Shown here: positions 63,888-64,000 of the stretch, piece by piece
How positions within the stretch are numbered: the first letter of the stretch is position 1
How the letters are laid out: every line of letters begins with the position of its first letter
NCBI RefSeq assembly: GCF_009914755.1
Contig: NC_060932.1
Length of the DNA: 64,000 nucleotides
From: the human T2T-CHM13v2.0 reference genome, Homo sapiens
Reading direction: 5' to 3' (one strand)
Translations under genes and position numbers: made by a program
The notes under the pieces: generated by a model
Database searches by the model: none
What the model saw: only the letters and a program-made list of their open reading frames with translations
Told to the model about the DNA's origin: nothing

Positions 63888-64000
63888 CAGGACTGACTAC
63901 ATAATTTGTAGGGCCCAGTGCAAAGTGAAAATGCAGGCTTCCTTACTCAAATGTTACTAAGAATTTCAAGACAGCTACCACAGAGCATTAAACCAAATGT
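63888..64000. mobile_element. MER53-like hAT MITE (partial at the window edge)
   Basis: CTACATAATTTGTAGGGCCCAGTGCAAAGTGAAAATGCAGG. Confidence 0.65.

Overview
This is human/great-ape genomic DNA centred on the MYC proto-oncogene (8q24.21). The MYC gene is intact on the + strand: P1 start ~27523, P2 start ~27685, exon 1 ending at 28077, exon 2 at 29702-30473, exon 3 from 31850, and stop at 32412. It gives the 439-aa AUG isoform and the 454-aa CUG isoform, with wild-type T58/S62. Its known control elements can be read from the sequence: the CTCF site, FUSE, TCF sites, the NHE III1 G-quadruplex, two TATA boxes, E2F/ME1a1, the intron-1 RFX site, poly(A) signals and a 3' TCF/AP-1 enhancer. The P0-transcript ORFs mrtl (114 aa) and MycHex1 (188 aa) are present, as are splice signals for the divergent lncRNA CASC11. 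The flanks are about 50 Alus plus L1, MIR/L2, MLT1 and MER fragments, and nearly all other ORFs in the track are repeat artefacts. I find no new gene system. The most interesting less obvious observations are: (1) an L1PA insertion with a ~400-bp 3' transduction that splits an Alu; (2) an out-of-frame 90-aa ORF in exon 2 that overlaps the MycS start codon; (3) a perfect 11-bp hairpin between the two proximal poly(A) signals; (4) a let-7 seed site found only in the long 3' UTR; and (5) three independent insertions into the same Alu-linker position. Repeat boundaries and subfamily calls were made by eye and are approximate.
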